From NCBI GenBank assembly GCA_022451505.1, contig JAKURX010000002.1, positions 1-56,899 of the forward strand: 56,899 bases of DNA, given 5' to 3'. The DNA comes from Acidimicrobiales bacterium (GTDB lineage: Bacteria; Actinomycetota; Acidimicrobiia; Acidimicrobiales; MedAcidi-G1). The notes beneath the pieces are model-generated. The model was not told the DNA's origin, searched no databases, and saw only the letters and a list, made by a program, of their open reading frames with translations. This document shows positions 9,153 to 18,748 of this stretch, piece after piece (positions within the stretch are counted from its first letter, which is position 1; each line of letters begins with the position of its first letter). The translations under genes and the position numbers were made by a program.

Positions 9153-10957
9153 CGCTCCACCCCGCACCAGTCCAGAGCCCTACCCAGTACCTCGACCACG
9201 TCAATTCCCGGGTGGAGGAACTCGTCGATACCAGCAGCCTGCCAGGCCGCCTCGTCGTCGCCCGGCTCGCCGACCAGCGCCACCCATCCGGCACCGGAGG
9301 CCTTCAGGGAGGATGCCGTCCGGGCAGCCTCTGCGGCGTACCGGTCGTCGGACCCGCACAGCACGGCGGGACCGTCTGAGTCGAGACTGTCGAGGTCACC
9401 ATCGACGGCACGAATCCCAGCCACCGCGAACAGGTTGCGGGCGAAGGTGACCCGCTCAGCATGCCCGTCCAGGGGGCCTAGGGCGATGATCCGCACGGTC
9501 GGCTGATCAGCGGCCCCGTCGGCGGCGTCCCGCAACGCCTCGAACACCGAGGCCGACCGACGAAGGGGCAACGGGCCCTCCGCCGGTGGAGGGCCCGGCG
9601 GTCGCCGCACGGCCACCTCGTCGAGGTCGGGGAACTCGGACACCCCGGTAAGGGGATCGGCCCGGGTCGCTAGGCGTTCGTACCGTCGGGCCCAGCCGGC
9701 CTCAGCCTCGGCGGTCGCCCGACCCGAGGCCAGCGCGGTGGCCATACCCCCCTCGGCCTCAAGGTTCCGAAACCGTTCCCAGGTCGCGGCGGCCAACCGG
9801 CCGGTCAGGTCCTCCACGTACCACGAACCGCCGGCCGGGTCGATAACGGCGGAAAGTCTGCTCTCCTCCAGGAGCAGGAGCTGCAGGTTGCGAGCCGTGC
9901 GTCGGCCGAACTCGTCCGGCCGCCCCAACGCACTGTCGAAGGGGCGCACGGTCACCGACCGGGCACCGCCAATTCCGGCGGCGAAGGCAGCCACCGTGGA
10001 CCGCAGCATGTTCACCCACGGGTCGCGACGGCTGAGCATGGCAGCCGAGGTGAGGGCGTGCTGGTAAACGGCGCCCTCCGCCGGGTCAGCTCCACAGGCC
10101 TCGGCCATACGAGTCCACACGCGGCGGAAGGCCCGGAACCGGGCCACGGTAAGGAACTGGTCGGCGTCGGCCGGGAGGGTGACCGAAAGGGTTGCTAGGG
10201 CGTCGGACAGGTCGATCCCGTGGTCGACGAGGGCCCGCAGGTAGGTCACTCCGGTGGACAGGGCGGAGGCCAGCTGGCCGGCGTCGCTGGTCCCAGCGTC
10301 GGCGTAAGGGGTGGCGTCGACTTCCAGCGCCCGGACCCCAGGTAGTGGTCGGGCCCGGGCCACGAGGTCCAGGGCAGCGGCGTCAACCGTCGGCGGTCCG
10401 CCGTAGCGTGCGGCCACCCCGAGGGGGTCCAGGCCCAGGTGGCCCCGCCGTTCGGCCTCGGTAACGCCGCTCGCCTCCCAGAGATCAAGAAGCCAGCCGG
10501 CCACCTCGTTTGTCGTCGGCCCAGGCGCCAGGGCCACGGTCGTCATGTCCAGGTGGTCGCCGTTCAGCACGGCGGCCAGGTCGGCTGGACCCGCGATGCC
10601 GATGGCCTGGGGATCCAGCAGCACCGAGGTGGAACCCCGTTGCAGCTCGTCCAGCACCGTTCGGTTGGCGTCTTCCGGACCCTCGTCCACGACCAGGGCC
10701 CGTACGTCCCATCCGTCGGGCGTAGCCCCGGCGGCGGTGGCTCCCCGGGTGAACGGCGCCGCCCCGGGCAGACCGGCCGGCTGCCCGTCTTCGGGTCCGT
10801 ACACCGGGGCGATGCGGATCCCGTCTGCTGTAACCATGGCTAGGTCGTCGACGGTACGGCCCCGCAGACCGGCCTCGGCTAGGGCGGTCCAGTCCGCCCG
10901 GGAGGCCGGCTCGAAGCCATCAACCAGGGGGGTCGGTCCGGGGCGCGCCGGGTTCAT
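9149..10957 (-). CDS. mutA: Methylmalonyl-CoA mutase small (beta) subunit
   Basis: 602-aa ORF immediately upstream of and overlapping mutB. Mutase-fold similarity (…[12 protein letters not shown]…, …[13 protein letters not shown]…) without the B12 DxHxxG motif. No obvious SD before ATG 10957, so the start is uncertain. Confidence 0.85.
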   Translation of the reverse strand: MNPARPGPTPLVDGFEPASRADWTALAEAGLRGRTVDDLAMVTADGIRIAPVYGPEDGQPAGLPGAAPFTRGATAAGATPDGWDVRALVVDEGPEDANRTVLDELQRGSTSVLLDPQAIGIAGPADLAAVLNGDHLDMTTVALAPGPTTNEVAGWLLDLWEASGVTEAERRGHLGLDPLGVAARYGGPPTVDAAALDLVARARPLPGVRALEVDATPYADAGTSDAGQLASALSTGVTYLRALVDHGIDLSDALATLSVTLPADADQFLTVARFRAFRRVWTRMAEACGADPAEGAVYQHALTSAAMLSRRDPWVNMLRSTVAAFAAGIGGARSVTVRPFDSALGRPDEFGRRTARNLQLLLLEESRLSAVIDPAGGSWYVEDLTGRLAAATWERFRNLEAEGGMATALASGRATAEAEAGWARRYERLATRADPLTGVSEFPDLDEVAVRRPPGPPPAEGPLPLRRSASVFEALRDAADGAADQPTVRIIALGPLDGHAERVTFARNLFAVAGIRAVDGDLDSLDSDGPAVLCGSDDRYAAEAARTASSLKASGAGWVALVGEPGDDEAAWQAAGIDEFLHPGIDVVEVLGRALDWCGVER

Positions 10958-11292
10958 GGACCGATGGTAGGTGACGGTCCGTCAGGGCCCGGATGCCGTG
11001 TGACGGGTGACCAGAGACTCGTCCCCTCAAGCGTGGCGTCCCTCGGCGAGCCTGTGGGGAACCGCTTGCGGGGAAAATCCGCCATCCACGTGGCCCAGCA
11101 AGCTCCGGAGGCTGTCCGGTCCGGCCTGGTCGAGACGGCCGGCTCGGCTTCGCCGACGGCTACCGCCTGACCATGGTGGCCGGGACCGCGCCGTTGTTTC
11201 TGACAGCCGCCGCGGTGCGCCGCGTGTCCTCCGCCGCTGACCCCTCCCTGCCGGCTGGGGCCCGGGTCCGATGGGGATGCGAGGATCGGGCC

Positions 11293-12330
11293 ATGCGCAT
11301 CTCGACCACCCTGAACTACGCCACCGACCCCCAGACAGCCGCCACCCAGGCCCGGGAGCTGGAGGCGGCCGGCGTCGACCGGATCTGGATCCCCGAGGCC
11401 TACGGCTTCGACGCGGTAAGCCTGCTGGGTTACCTGGCCGCCAGCACATCCACCGTCGAATTGGGCAGCGGCATCCTTAACACGTACAGCCGTACCCCGG
11501 CCCTCCTGGCCCAGACGGCGGCCGGCCTGGATGCCCTGTCGGACGGCCGGTTTGTCCTAGGCCTAGGCGCCTCTGGCCCACAGGTCATCGAGGGGTTCCA
11601 CGGGGTCCCGTACGCCAAGCCGCTGACCCGCACCCGGGAGATTGTCCAGATCTGCCGGGCCGCCTGGCGCCGGGAACGCCTAGTCCACGATGGAGACGTC
11701 TTCACCCTGCCCCTCCCCGCTGACCAGGGCACCGGCTTAGGGAAGCCGCTGAAGATCATCAACCACCTGAAGCGAGCCGATATCCCGATCTACATCGCCG
11801 CCCTCGGCCCGAAGAGCGTCGAGGAGACGGCGGCCACCTGTGACGGCTGGCTGCCCTTCCTTGTCTACCCGGAGCGCATGGACCTGGTCTGGGGTGATGC
11901 CGTGGCCGCCGGCCTGGCCCGCCGGGACCCCTCTCTCGGAGAGCTGGACGTGGTGGCGGGCGGTCTCGTGGCCATCGGCGACGACGCGACGCAATACCGC
12001 GACCTGGTCCGCCCAGGGGCTGCCCTCTACATCGGCGGCATGGGTGCCCGGGGAAAGAACTTCTACAACGACGTCTGCAAGGCCTACGGATTCGTCGACG
12101 AAGCGGTGGCCGTCCAGGATGCCTACCTGGACGGTCGAAAGGAGGAGGCGGCTGATCTGCTGCCCGCTGAGCTGGTCGAGAACACATCGCTGTGCGGTGA
12201 CGAGGCCTACGTGATCGACAGGCTGGCCGCCTACCGGGAGGCCGGCGTGACGTCGCTGAACGTGACGCCCATCGGCGGCCAGCCGGCCGCCGTGTTGGGA
12301 CGGCTCCGAGAACTGGCCGAGCACGCGTAG
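11293..12330 (+). CDS. LLM-class (luciferase-like) F420-dependent oxidoreductase
   Basis: ORF 11173..12330. Start reset to ATG 11293 (MRISTTLNYA...), preceded by GAGGA. Motifs are ELEAAGVDRIWIPEAYGFDA and RFVLGLGASGPQVIEGFHG. The cofactor assignment (F420 vs FMN) is an inference from family resemblance. Confidence 0.8.
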   Translation: MRISTTLNYATDPQTAATQARELEAAGVDRIWIPEAYGFDAVSLLGYLAASTSTVELGSGILNTYSRTPALLAQTAAGLDALSDGRFVLGLGASGPQVIEGFHGVPYAKPLTRTREIVQICRAAWRRERLVHDGDVFTLPLPADQGTGLGKPLKIINHLKRADIPIYIAALGPKSVEETAATCDGWLPFLVYPERMDLVWGDAVAAGLARRDPSLGELDVVAGGLVAIGDDATQYRDLVRPGAALYIGGMGARGKNFYNDVCKAYGFVDEAVAVQDAYLDGRKEEAADLLPAELVENTSLCGDEAYVIDRLAAYREAGVTSLNVTPIGGQPAAVLGRLRELAEHA

Positions 12331-12346
12331 CCGCCCGGCAGCGGAG

Positions 12347-13219
12347 TTACCGGGTACCGGGACGGGTGTCGGAGGGGTCCAGGCGCACCCCAATCAGCAA
12401 ACCCTCGGTCAGGCGCTGCGCCGCCTCGGCGAACAAGAAATTTCCCATCAGGCGCCGCGGCGTCCGGACATGGCGTGACCCGCGACCGGTGGCCCGCACG
12501 ACCCGCCGGGCCAGGCGGTCCGGATCGGCGACAGGCAGCATGCGAACCAGGTTCATCCGGGCCAGCACCTTCCGTCCGCTGGGCGAGGTGGCCTCCACGG
12601 CGTCCCACATGCGGGTGGCCACCGGCCCCGGCGCCACTGTGGTCGTCCCGATTGGCGTGGCTTTCAGCTCCAACCGCAGTGACCGCACGAAGTTGGACAC
12701 CCCAGCTTTGGTGGCGGAGTAGGTGGCCATGGTCGGGAACCCCGCCGTGCCGGCAATCGAGGACAGGAACACCAAGTGCCCGCGTCCCCGGGCCAGCATC
12801 CCGGGCAGGACGTGTCGGGTCAGCACCATAGGTGCCTCCAGATTCAGCCGCGTGGCGGCCCGAACAACAGCGGGGTCGATTACGGCGGCCATGTCGGTGG
12901 TCTCCATCCCGGCGTTGTTCACCAGCACGTCGATCGGCCCGTGGTCGGTCTCCACGACCGGCACCAGGGCCTCAACAGCGCCGGCGTCGGTCAGGTCGAC
13001 GACCACAGCGTCCCCACCCACCTCGGCCGCCACGGCGTGAAGCTCGTTGGAGGCCCGGGCGGCCACCACCTCGTGAGCACCCGCCGTTGCGTAGGCCCGG
13101 GCCAGCGCGGCCCCGATCCCCTTCGATCCACCGGTCACCAATACCCGTGCGCCGACCAATTCCACGCTGGCGACCGTAGTCCCACCACCAAGCCGGCTTC
13201 CCAGCCCGCCGGCCACCAC
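12347..13219 (-). CDS. Short-chain dehydrogenase/reductase (SDR)
   Basis: Motifs VLVTGGSKGIGAALA, NNAG and catalytic YSATK. The start may be an internal GTG, shorter than 13219. Confidence 0.85.
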   Translation of the reverse strand: MVAGGLGSRLGGGTTVASVELVGARVLVTGGSKGIGAALARAYATAGAHEVVAARASNELHAVAAEVGGDAVVVDLTDAGAVEALVPVVETDHGPIDVLVNNAGMETTDMAAVIDPAVVRAATRLNLEAPMVLTRHVLPGMLARGRGHLVFLSSIAGTAGFPTMATYSATKAGVSNFVRSLRLELKATPIGTTTVAPGPVATRMWDAVEATSPSGRKVLARMNLVRMLPVADPDRLARRVVRATGRGSRHVRTPRRLMGNFLFAEAAQRLTEGLLIGVRLDPSDTRPGTR

Positions 13220-13269
13220 GGGTACGGTCGAACTGCGCCCCGGGAGCGGGGCCTGACTCCGGGAGCACG

Positions 13270-14433
13270 ATGGCCGACGCAGACCTCTTCGAACAGTTCA
13301 CCGTGGGGGTCTCCGACGAGGCTGTCTTCGACCTGCGACGACGCCGGGCCGACAGCCGGTGGCCCGACCTGGTCGTTGTCACGGGGTGGGATGACGGCTG
13401 CACCCTGGCGTGGCTTCGGAGCCTGGCCGACTACTGGGCCGACGGCTTCGACTGGCGATCCGCCGAGGCCCGCATCAACTCCTTCGACCAGGTCACCACG
13501 ACTATCGACGGCCAGCGGATCCACGCCATCCACCAGCGGTCCCCAGAACCCGACGCCCTCCCCCTACTCATCTCCCACGGGTGGCCGGGGTCGATCGTGG
13601 AGTTCCTGCAGGTGCTGGGCCCGCTGACCGACCCGGCTGCCCACGGAGGTGAACCGGGAGACGCCTTCCACGTGATCGCCCCGTCGCTTCCCGGTTACGC
13701 CTGGTCCGGCCCGACGGCCGACCAGGGCTGGGGGCCTGACCGGACGGGACGGGCCTTCGCCCTGCTGGCTGACCGCCTCGGCTACGACCGTTACGGCGTG
13801 CAGGGCGGTGACTGGGGATCGTTGGTGTCACAACACATCGCCGGCCACGATCCCGACCACGTGGTCGGCTGCCACCTCAATATGGTCGCCGCCTTCCCGA
13901 GGGGCCGCGACGGTGACCTCGACGACGTCACCCCGGTCGAGCAGCGACACCTCGACCGATTGGCCTGGTACCAGGCCGAGGACAACGGCTACTTCCGTAT
14001 CCAAGAGACCCGCCCCCACACCCTGGGGGTTGGCCTCCACGACTCGCCGGCTGGGTTGCTGTCGTGGATCGGCGAGAAGTTTCACGGTTGGACCGACCAC
14101 GACGGTGATCCCCTCGACGTCGTGGACCGCGACGACCTGCTGGCCAACGTAAGTACCTATTGGTACACCGGGACCATCACCTCGTCGGCCCGCTTCTATC
14201 TGGAGTTCCGCCGGGACCTGACCGAGGGGCGTCTCCCACCGCCGAATACCGAGATTCCCTTCGGAGTCTCCGCCTTCCCGGAGGAACTGATGGTAGGGCG
14301 ACGTCGGTGGGTAGAGGCCGACCGCAACATCACCTTCTGGCGGGAACACGACCGGGGAGGGCACTTCGCCGCCATGGAACGGCCCAAAGAGTTCGTGGCC
14401 GACGTCCGCGAGTTCTTCCGGGCCCTCCGGTGA
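13270..14433 (+). CDS. Epoxide hydrolase (microsomal-type N-terminal domain plus alpha/beta hydrolase)
   Basis: 387 aa. Contains ...QRIHAIHQRSPEPDALPLLISHGWPGSIVEF... and GGDWG, the nucleophile context typical of EH_N-containing epoxide hydrolases. Confidence 0.85.
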   Translation: MADADLFEQFTVGVSDEAVFDLRRRRADSRWPDLVVVTGWDDGCTLAWLRSLADYWADGFDWRSAEARINSFDQVTTTIDGQRIHAIHQRSPEPDALPLLISHGWPGSIVEFLQVLGPLTDPAAHGGEPGDAFHVIAPSLPGYAWSGPTADQGWGPDRTGRAFALLADRLGYDRYGVQGGDWGSLVSQHIAGHDPDHVVGCHLNMVAAFPRGRDGDLDDVTPVEQRHLDRLAWYQAEDNGYFRIQETRPHTLGVGLHDSPAGLLSWIGEKFHGWTDHDGDPLDVVDRDDLLANVSTYWYTGTITSSARFYLEFRRDLTEGRLPPPNTEIPFGVSAFPEELMVGRRRWVEADRNITFWREHDRGGHFAAMERPKEFVADVREFFRALR

Positions 14434-14444
14434 GTAGCCCGGTG

Positions 14445-15134
14445 ATGCTGGTCGGGGCGGGTGGTACCGCCCTAGCAAGTGAAACCCGTGGTCCTGACGG
14501 GCCGACCGGACACCCGGTGGTAGCCACCACGGGATGGGCCAATGACCGCCACGTCTGGTCATCGATGGTTGACGACCTAGCCGCCAACCACGCGGTGACC
14601 ACGTGGGACCTCCGGGGACACGGCGACAGTGAGACCCCGGCTCCCGGGGAGTACACCCGGGCCCACGCCCTGGGGGACCTGACTGCCGTACTGGATCATG
14701 CCGGCCGACCGGCCGTGCTCATGGGCCACAGCCTCGGGGGGTACCTGTCGCTAGCCCACGCTGTGAACCACCCCGACGAAGTGGCTGGCTTGGTGCTGGT
14801 GGCCACCGGACCGGGGTTTCGGAAGGCGGAGGCCCGAGAGCAGTGGAACGCCTCGGTTCGGGCCTCCATGGAGAAGCTGGATCTCCCGGCCGGAGCCGAT
14901 GAGCTCTCGATGCACACCGATGCCCACGTCATCGACCACCTGGCCGACATCGAGGTTCCGGTCCTGGTGCTGCTCGGGGAACACGACGCGCGCTTCGCCG
15001 CCTCGGCCAGCCTGTTCGAACGGGACCTAAACGTGCGGGAAACGGTGGTCGTTCCCGACACGGGCCACATGGTCCACGTAAAGGCGCCGACCGAATGCGC
15101 GGCGGCCGTGCGCCGGTTCCTGGCCGGCCTCTGA
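14445..15134 (+). CDS. Alpha/beta-fold hydrolase
   Basis: C-terminal part of ORF 14160..15134. Contains DLRGHGDS and the nucleophile elbow GHSLGG. Start options are ATG 14445, GTG 14442, or GTG 14430, which would overlap the upstream stop as GTGA. Confidence 0.75.
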   Translation: MLVGAGGTALASETRGPDGPTGHPVVATTGWANDRHVWSSMVDDLAANHAVTTWDLRGHGDSETPAPGEYTRAHALGDLTAVLDHAGRPAVLMGHSLGGYLSLAHAVNHPDEVAGLVLVATGPGFRKAEAREQWNASVRASMEKLDLPAGADELSMHTDAHVIDHLADIEVPVLVLLGEHDARFAASASLFERDLNVRETVVVPDTGHMVHVKAPTECAAAVRRFLAGL

Positions 15135-15145
15135 CCGGAACACCA

Positions 15146-16006
15146 ATGAACGCTGATCCCCTGGCCCGCATGGTTGACCTGCCGGGTGGTGCGTTCCGCA
15201 TGGGGAACGAGAACGGCGGGTACCCGTCCGATGGCGAGGACCCGGTGCGCGAGGTGCGAGTGTCACCGTTCGCTATCTCGGCCACCACGGTGACCACGGC
15301 CGAGTTTGCCGCCTTCGTGGAAGCCACCGGCCACGTCACGACCAGCGAACGAGCGGGATGGTCGTTCGTGTTCGCCGGGCACCTACCCGACGACTTCGAG
15401 CCCACACGGGGCGTGGTGGGAGCCGAGTGGTGGCGTCAGGTGTTCGGCGCCGACTGGCGGCATCCCAACGGACCGCAGGACGACCCCGTCAACTGGTCGA
15501 ACCATCCGGTGGTCCACGTGTCGTGGTTCGATGCCGAGGCGTTCGCTGGCTGGGCCGGAGGCCGACTTCCCACGGAAGCCGAATGGGAGCACGCGGCCCG
15601 GGGCGGGCTGGACCAGAAACGCCTGCCGTGGGGTGACGAGACCCAGCCCGACGGCCCCGACCGACACCGGTTCAACATCTTCACCGGAACGTTTCCGGCA
15701 GAGGACAGCGCGGACGATGGCTGGGCCGGAACCTGCCCGGTGGACGCCTTTGAACCCAACGGCTTCGGCCTTTACAACTGCTCGGGGAACGTGTGGGAGT
15801 GGACGGCCGACTGGTTCGGTACCGACCATGGGGCGGGGACGCCGGTCCAGGACCCAGTCGGGCCGCCATTGGGAGTCGACCGAGTGGTCAAGGGCGGCTC
15901 GTACCTCTGTCACGACAGTTACTGCCACCGCTACCGGCCGGCCGCCCGATCGGGCACCACCCCGGACAGCACCACTGACCACCAGGGCTTCCGGCTAGCT
16001 CAGTGA
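15146..16006 (+). CDS. Formylglycine-generating enzyme (FGE/SUMF1 family)
   Basis: ORF 15095..16006, start reset to ATG 15146 (MNADPL). Motifs are RLPTEAEWEHAARGG and GNVWEWTADWF, with the catalytic Cys pair in KGGSYLCHDSYCHRYRPAARS. Confidence 0.88.
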   Translation: MNADPLARMVDLPGGAFRMGNENGGYPSDGEDPVREVRVSPFAISATTVTTAEFAAFVEATGHVTTSERAGWSFVFAGHLPDDFEPTRGVVGAEWWRQVFGADWRHPNGPQDDPVNWSNHPVVHVSWFDAEAFAGWAGGRLPTEAEWEHAARGGLDQKRLPWGDETQPDGPDRHRFNIFTGTFPAEDSADDGWAGTCPVDAFEPNGFGLYNCSGNVWEWTADWFGTDHGAGTPVQDPVGPPLGVDRVVKGGSYLCHDSYCHRYRPAARSGTTPDSTTDHQGFRLAQ

Positions 16007-16050
16007 ACCCGCGACCGGGCTACTGCCGGTCGGCCCGTAGCCTTGAACCC

Positions 16051-17253
16051 ATGGGCCTGCGCAGCGAGGTGAACAGGGACGTCCGGCTGGCCACTCCCGG
16101 CGAGTTCGCTGTGCCCCGCATCGGTCCGCTGGAGGTGTGGCCGCCCGTGGTTCTGGCGCCGATGGCCGGGGTCACCAATGCCCCGTTTCGCACCATGTGC
16201 CGAGAGTTCGGTGCCGGCCTGTACGTCAGCGAGATGGTCACCGCCCGGGGCCTGGTCGACGGCCACCTCAAGACGACTCGCCTGGCCCACTTCGCCCCCG
16301 AGGAATCGCCTCGGAGCATCCAGCTTTACGGAACCGAGCCGGACAGCATCGGCCGGGCTGTGGACATGCTGGTCGGCGAGGGACGAGTCGACCACGTCGA
16401 CATGAACTTCGGCTGTCCCATGCCCAAGGTGACCCGGCGAGGCGGTGGAGCGGCCATCCCGTTGAAGCCGCGCCTGTTCGAAGCCATCGTCCGGGCTGCC
16501 GTCGAACGTTCGGGGGACGTCCCAGTTACCGTGAAGTTCCGGAAGGGAACCGACGACGACCACCTGACGTTTCTGGAGGCAGGCCGGATCGCTGAGGCCG
16601 TGGGGGCGTCGGCCGTGTCGCTCCACGCCCGGACAGCCGAGCAGCTGTACTCCGGGGAGGCCGACTGGACAGCGGTGGCCGACCTGAAGGCCGCGGTGGC
16701 CACCATCCCGGTCTTCGGGAATGGCGACGTGTGGGAGCCGTGGGACGCCCTACGCCTGATGCGCGTCACGGGCTGCGACGGCGTAGTGGTGGGTCGGGGC
16801 TGCCTGGGCCGACCATGGCTGTTCGGCGACCTGGCCTCCGTGTTCGGAGCTGACTCGTCGTCCGGCGGCCGCGAGCCGGGTCCTCCCCCATCGCTGCGCC
16901 AAGTCACGACAACCATGGCCCGACACGCCCGTCTGCTGGTGGCTTGGGCCGGACCACACGGCATCCGGGACTTCCGCAAGCACACCGCCTGGTACCTGAA
17001 GGGCTACGCGACCGGGCCGGCGGCTCGAAGCAAACTCCAGTCCATCACCGACCTCGACCACCTAGACGGGTTGCTAGCCGACCTGCTGACCGACCTGGAT
17101 CCGGATATGGCTCTGGACCCAAACTCGCTGCGCACGCCCCGGAGCCACCGAAACGGACCCCGGCCCGTGGCTCTCCCTGAGGGCTGGCTGGACGACCCGG
17201 AGGACGCCACGCCCCCACCAGCCGAGGCTGAGGTTCTGGTCTCCGGCGGCTGA
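16051..17253 (+). CDS. dus: tRNA-dihydrouridine synthase
   Basis: ORF 16003..17253, start reset to ATG 16051. Motifs are VLAPMAGVTNAPFRTMCREFGAGLYVSEMV, DMNFGCP and VTVKFRKG. Confidence 0.9.
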   Translation: MGLRSEVNRDVRLATPGEFAVPRIGPLEVWPPVVLAPMAGVTNAPFRTMCREFGAGLYVSEMVTARGLVDGHLKTTRLAHFAPEESPRSIQLYGTEPDSIGRAVDMLVGEGRVDHVDMNFGCPMPKVTRRGGGAAIPLKPRLFEAIVRAAVERSGDVPVTVKFRKGTDDDHLTFLEAGRIAEAVGASAVSLHARTAEQLYSGEADWTAVADLKAAVATIPVFGNGDVWEPWDALRLMRVTGCDGVVVGRGCLGRPWLFGDLASVFGADSSSGGREPGPPPSLRQVTTTMARHARLLVAWAGPHGIRDFRKHTAWYLKGYATGPAARSKLQSITDLDHLDGLLADLLTDLDPDMALDPNSLRTPRSHRNGPRPVALPEGWLDDPEDATPPPAEAEVLVSGG

Positions 17254-17273
17254 CCACCTCCGACCGTCCGTCC

Positions 17274-17867
17274 ATGGTCCCCGACCGGCTCGTTCTGGCG
17301 TCAGCCTCGCCGCGTCGCCTAGCCCTGCTCCGTGACCTCGGAATCGAACCCGAGGTCCGGGTGGCCGAGGTGGACGAGGCGCCGCGACCCAGCGAGGACC
17401 CAGCGGCCCTCGTAGAGCGCCTGGCGTGTGCCAAGCGGGATGCGGTAGCCGGGCCCGGGGAGCGAGTGGTGGCCGCCGACACGGTGGTCGTGCTGGACGG
17501 CGAGGCGCTGGGAAAGCCCGGGACCCCGGAGCGGGCGTCCACCATGCTCCGGCGCCTCTCGGGGCGGACCCACAACGTGGTGACCGGGGTGGCGGTGGCC
17601 GGTCCGTCTGGGCGAGCGTCCACCACCGTGTCCACCAAGGTGACGTGGCGGACACTGTCCGAGGCTGAGGTGGAGTCCTACGTGGCCTCCGGCGAACCGC
17701 TCGACAAGGCCGGAGGCTACGGGCTCCAGGGCGGAGGGGCCGACTTCGTGGTCGAGTTAGTGGGGAGCCGAGAAAACGTCATCGGGCTACCGGTCACCAC
17801 GGCACTCGAACTGCTGGCCTCAGTGGAGGCCGACGGCGACCCGTGGGTGCGAAGGCCCGGTTCCTGA
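17274..17867 (+). CDS. maf: Maf-family nucleoside triphosphate pyrophosphatase
   Basis: Motifs LVLASASPRRLALL, ...DKAGGYGLQG... and GLP. 197 aa. Confidence 0.9.
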   Translation: MVPDRLVLASASPRRLALLRDLGIEPEVRVAEVDEAPRPSEDPAALVERLACAKRDAVAGPGERVVAADTVVVLDGEALGKPGTPERASTMLRRLSGRTHNVVTGVAVAGPSGRASTTVSTKVTWRTLSEAEVESYVASGEPLDKAGGYGLQGGGADFVVELVGSRENVIGLPVTTALELLASVEADGDPWVRRPGS

Positions 17868-17891
17868 CCGGCGGGCTCGGAACCGTTGGGC

Positions 17892-18665
17892 TCAGACGGC
17901 CGGCGGAACCAGTCGCTGATCGTCGGTGAGGAAGACCCGCACCCCGAAGAACACCACAACCAGGCCGGTCACAGCGGCCGTGCCCAGGATCAGGAACAGG
18001 AGCGCCGCTTGAACGAGGGCCGCCTGGATCGGATCGACACCGGCCAGGATCAGGCCGGTCAGGGCGCCGGGTAGGAACACCACACCCACCGACCGGGTGG
18101 TCTCGATCTGGGGCAGGAGGGCCAAGCGGAGGGCGTCAGAGGCCACGTCGCGCACGGCCCACGCTGGCCGGAACCCTAAGGCCAGCAGTGCCTCTACCTC
18201 TCCGGCCCGGTCCCGGAGGCCGTCAACCAGCCGGGCGGCCGCTACGACCACAACCTTCAGCGAGTTGCCGACCACCATCCCCGACACCGGGACCAGCACC
18301 CGGGCCTCCAGGGGCAGGATCCCTAGGGCGAACACGGTGGCCAGCGAAACGCCGAGGCCTAGGGAGGCGCCCACGGCGGTCATCCACCCCAGGCCGGCCA
18401 GGCGGGGTTCCCGCCTCCGGGCGGCGTCGCCTGCCACCGGGACCATTGCCACCACCCAGGCCCACGCCCAGGCCATCGGCGTGTCGCCGTCCAGCAGGAG
18501 AGTGAGAGCCCATCCGGCGAGCACCAGTTGGGCAATGGCCCGCACCGTGGCCTCGGCCAGCGAGCGTTCCAGGCCGAGGCGACGCCGCAACGAGATACCG
18601 GCCACGACAACCACCGGAACAATTGACGCCGCCAGCCCCCACCAGCCGATATCAACCCCAGTCAC
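17892..18665 (-). CDS. fetB: FetB/YbbM (UPF0014) family ABC-type permease, putative iron-export permease
   Basis: ORF 17892..18710. Matches E. coli FetB patterns as I remember them: RAIAQL, VPVSGMVVGNS, ALLPQIETTRSVGVVFLPGALTGLILAGVDPIQA. Start is GTG 18665 or GTG 18710. No FetA-type ATPase is adjacent. Confidence 0.8.
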   Translation of the reverse strand: MTGVDIGWWGLAASIVPVVVVAGISLRRRLGLERSLAEATVRAIAQLVLAGWALTLLLDGDTPMAWAWAWVVAMVPVAGDAARRREPRLAGLGWMTAVGASLGLGVSLATVFALGILPLEARVLVPVSGMVVGNSLKVVVVAAARLVDGLRDRAGEVEALLALGFRPAWAVRDVASDALRLALLPQIETTRSVGVVFLPGALTGLILAGVDPIQAALVQAALLFLILGTAAVTGLVVVFFGVRVFLTDDQRLVPPAV

Positions 18666-18733
18666 GTTCGCACGGTAGCCAGCCGAAGACACCGTGCCGG
18701 ACGACCCCACCTGTGGGCTGTGGTTCGACCCGA

Positions 18734-18747
18734 CCTAACCTGTTAGG
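18734..18747. promoter_or_regulatory. Candidate DtxR/IdeR-family operator: palindrome CCTAAC-ct-GTTAGG directly upstream of the ABC ATPase start
   Basis: Perfect 6-bp inverted arms at 18734-18739 and 18742-18747, ending 2 nt before ATG 18749, in the divergent fetB/ABC region. The arms contain the TTAGG/CCTAA core of the IdeR/DtxR box consensus TTAGGTTAGGCTAACCTAA, but the arms face the opposite way to that consensus. Confidence 0.3.
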
Positions 18748-18748
18748 C

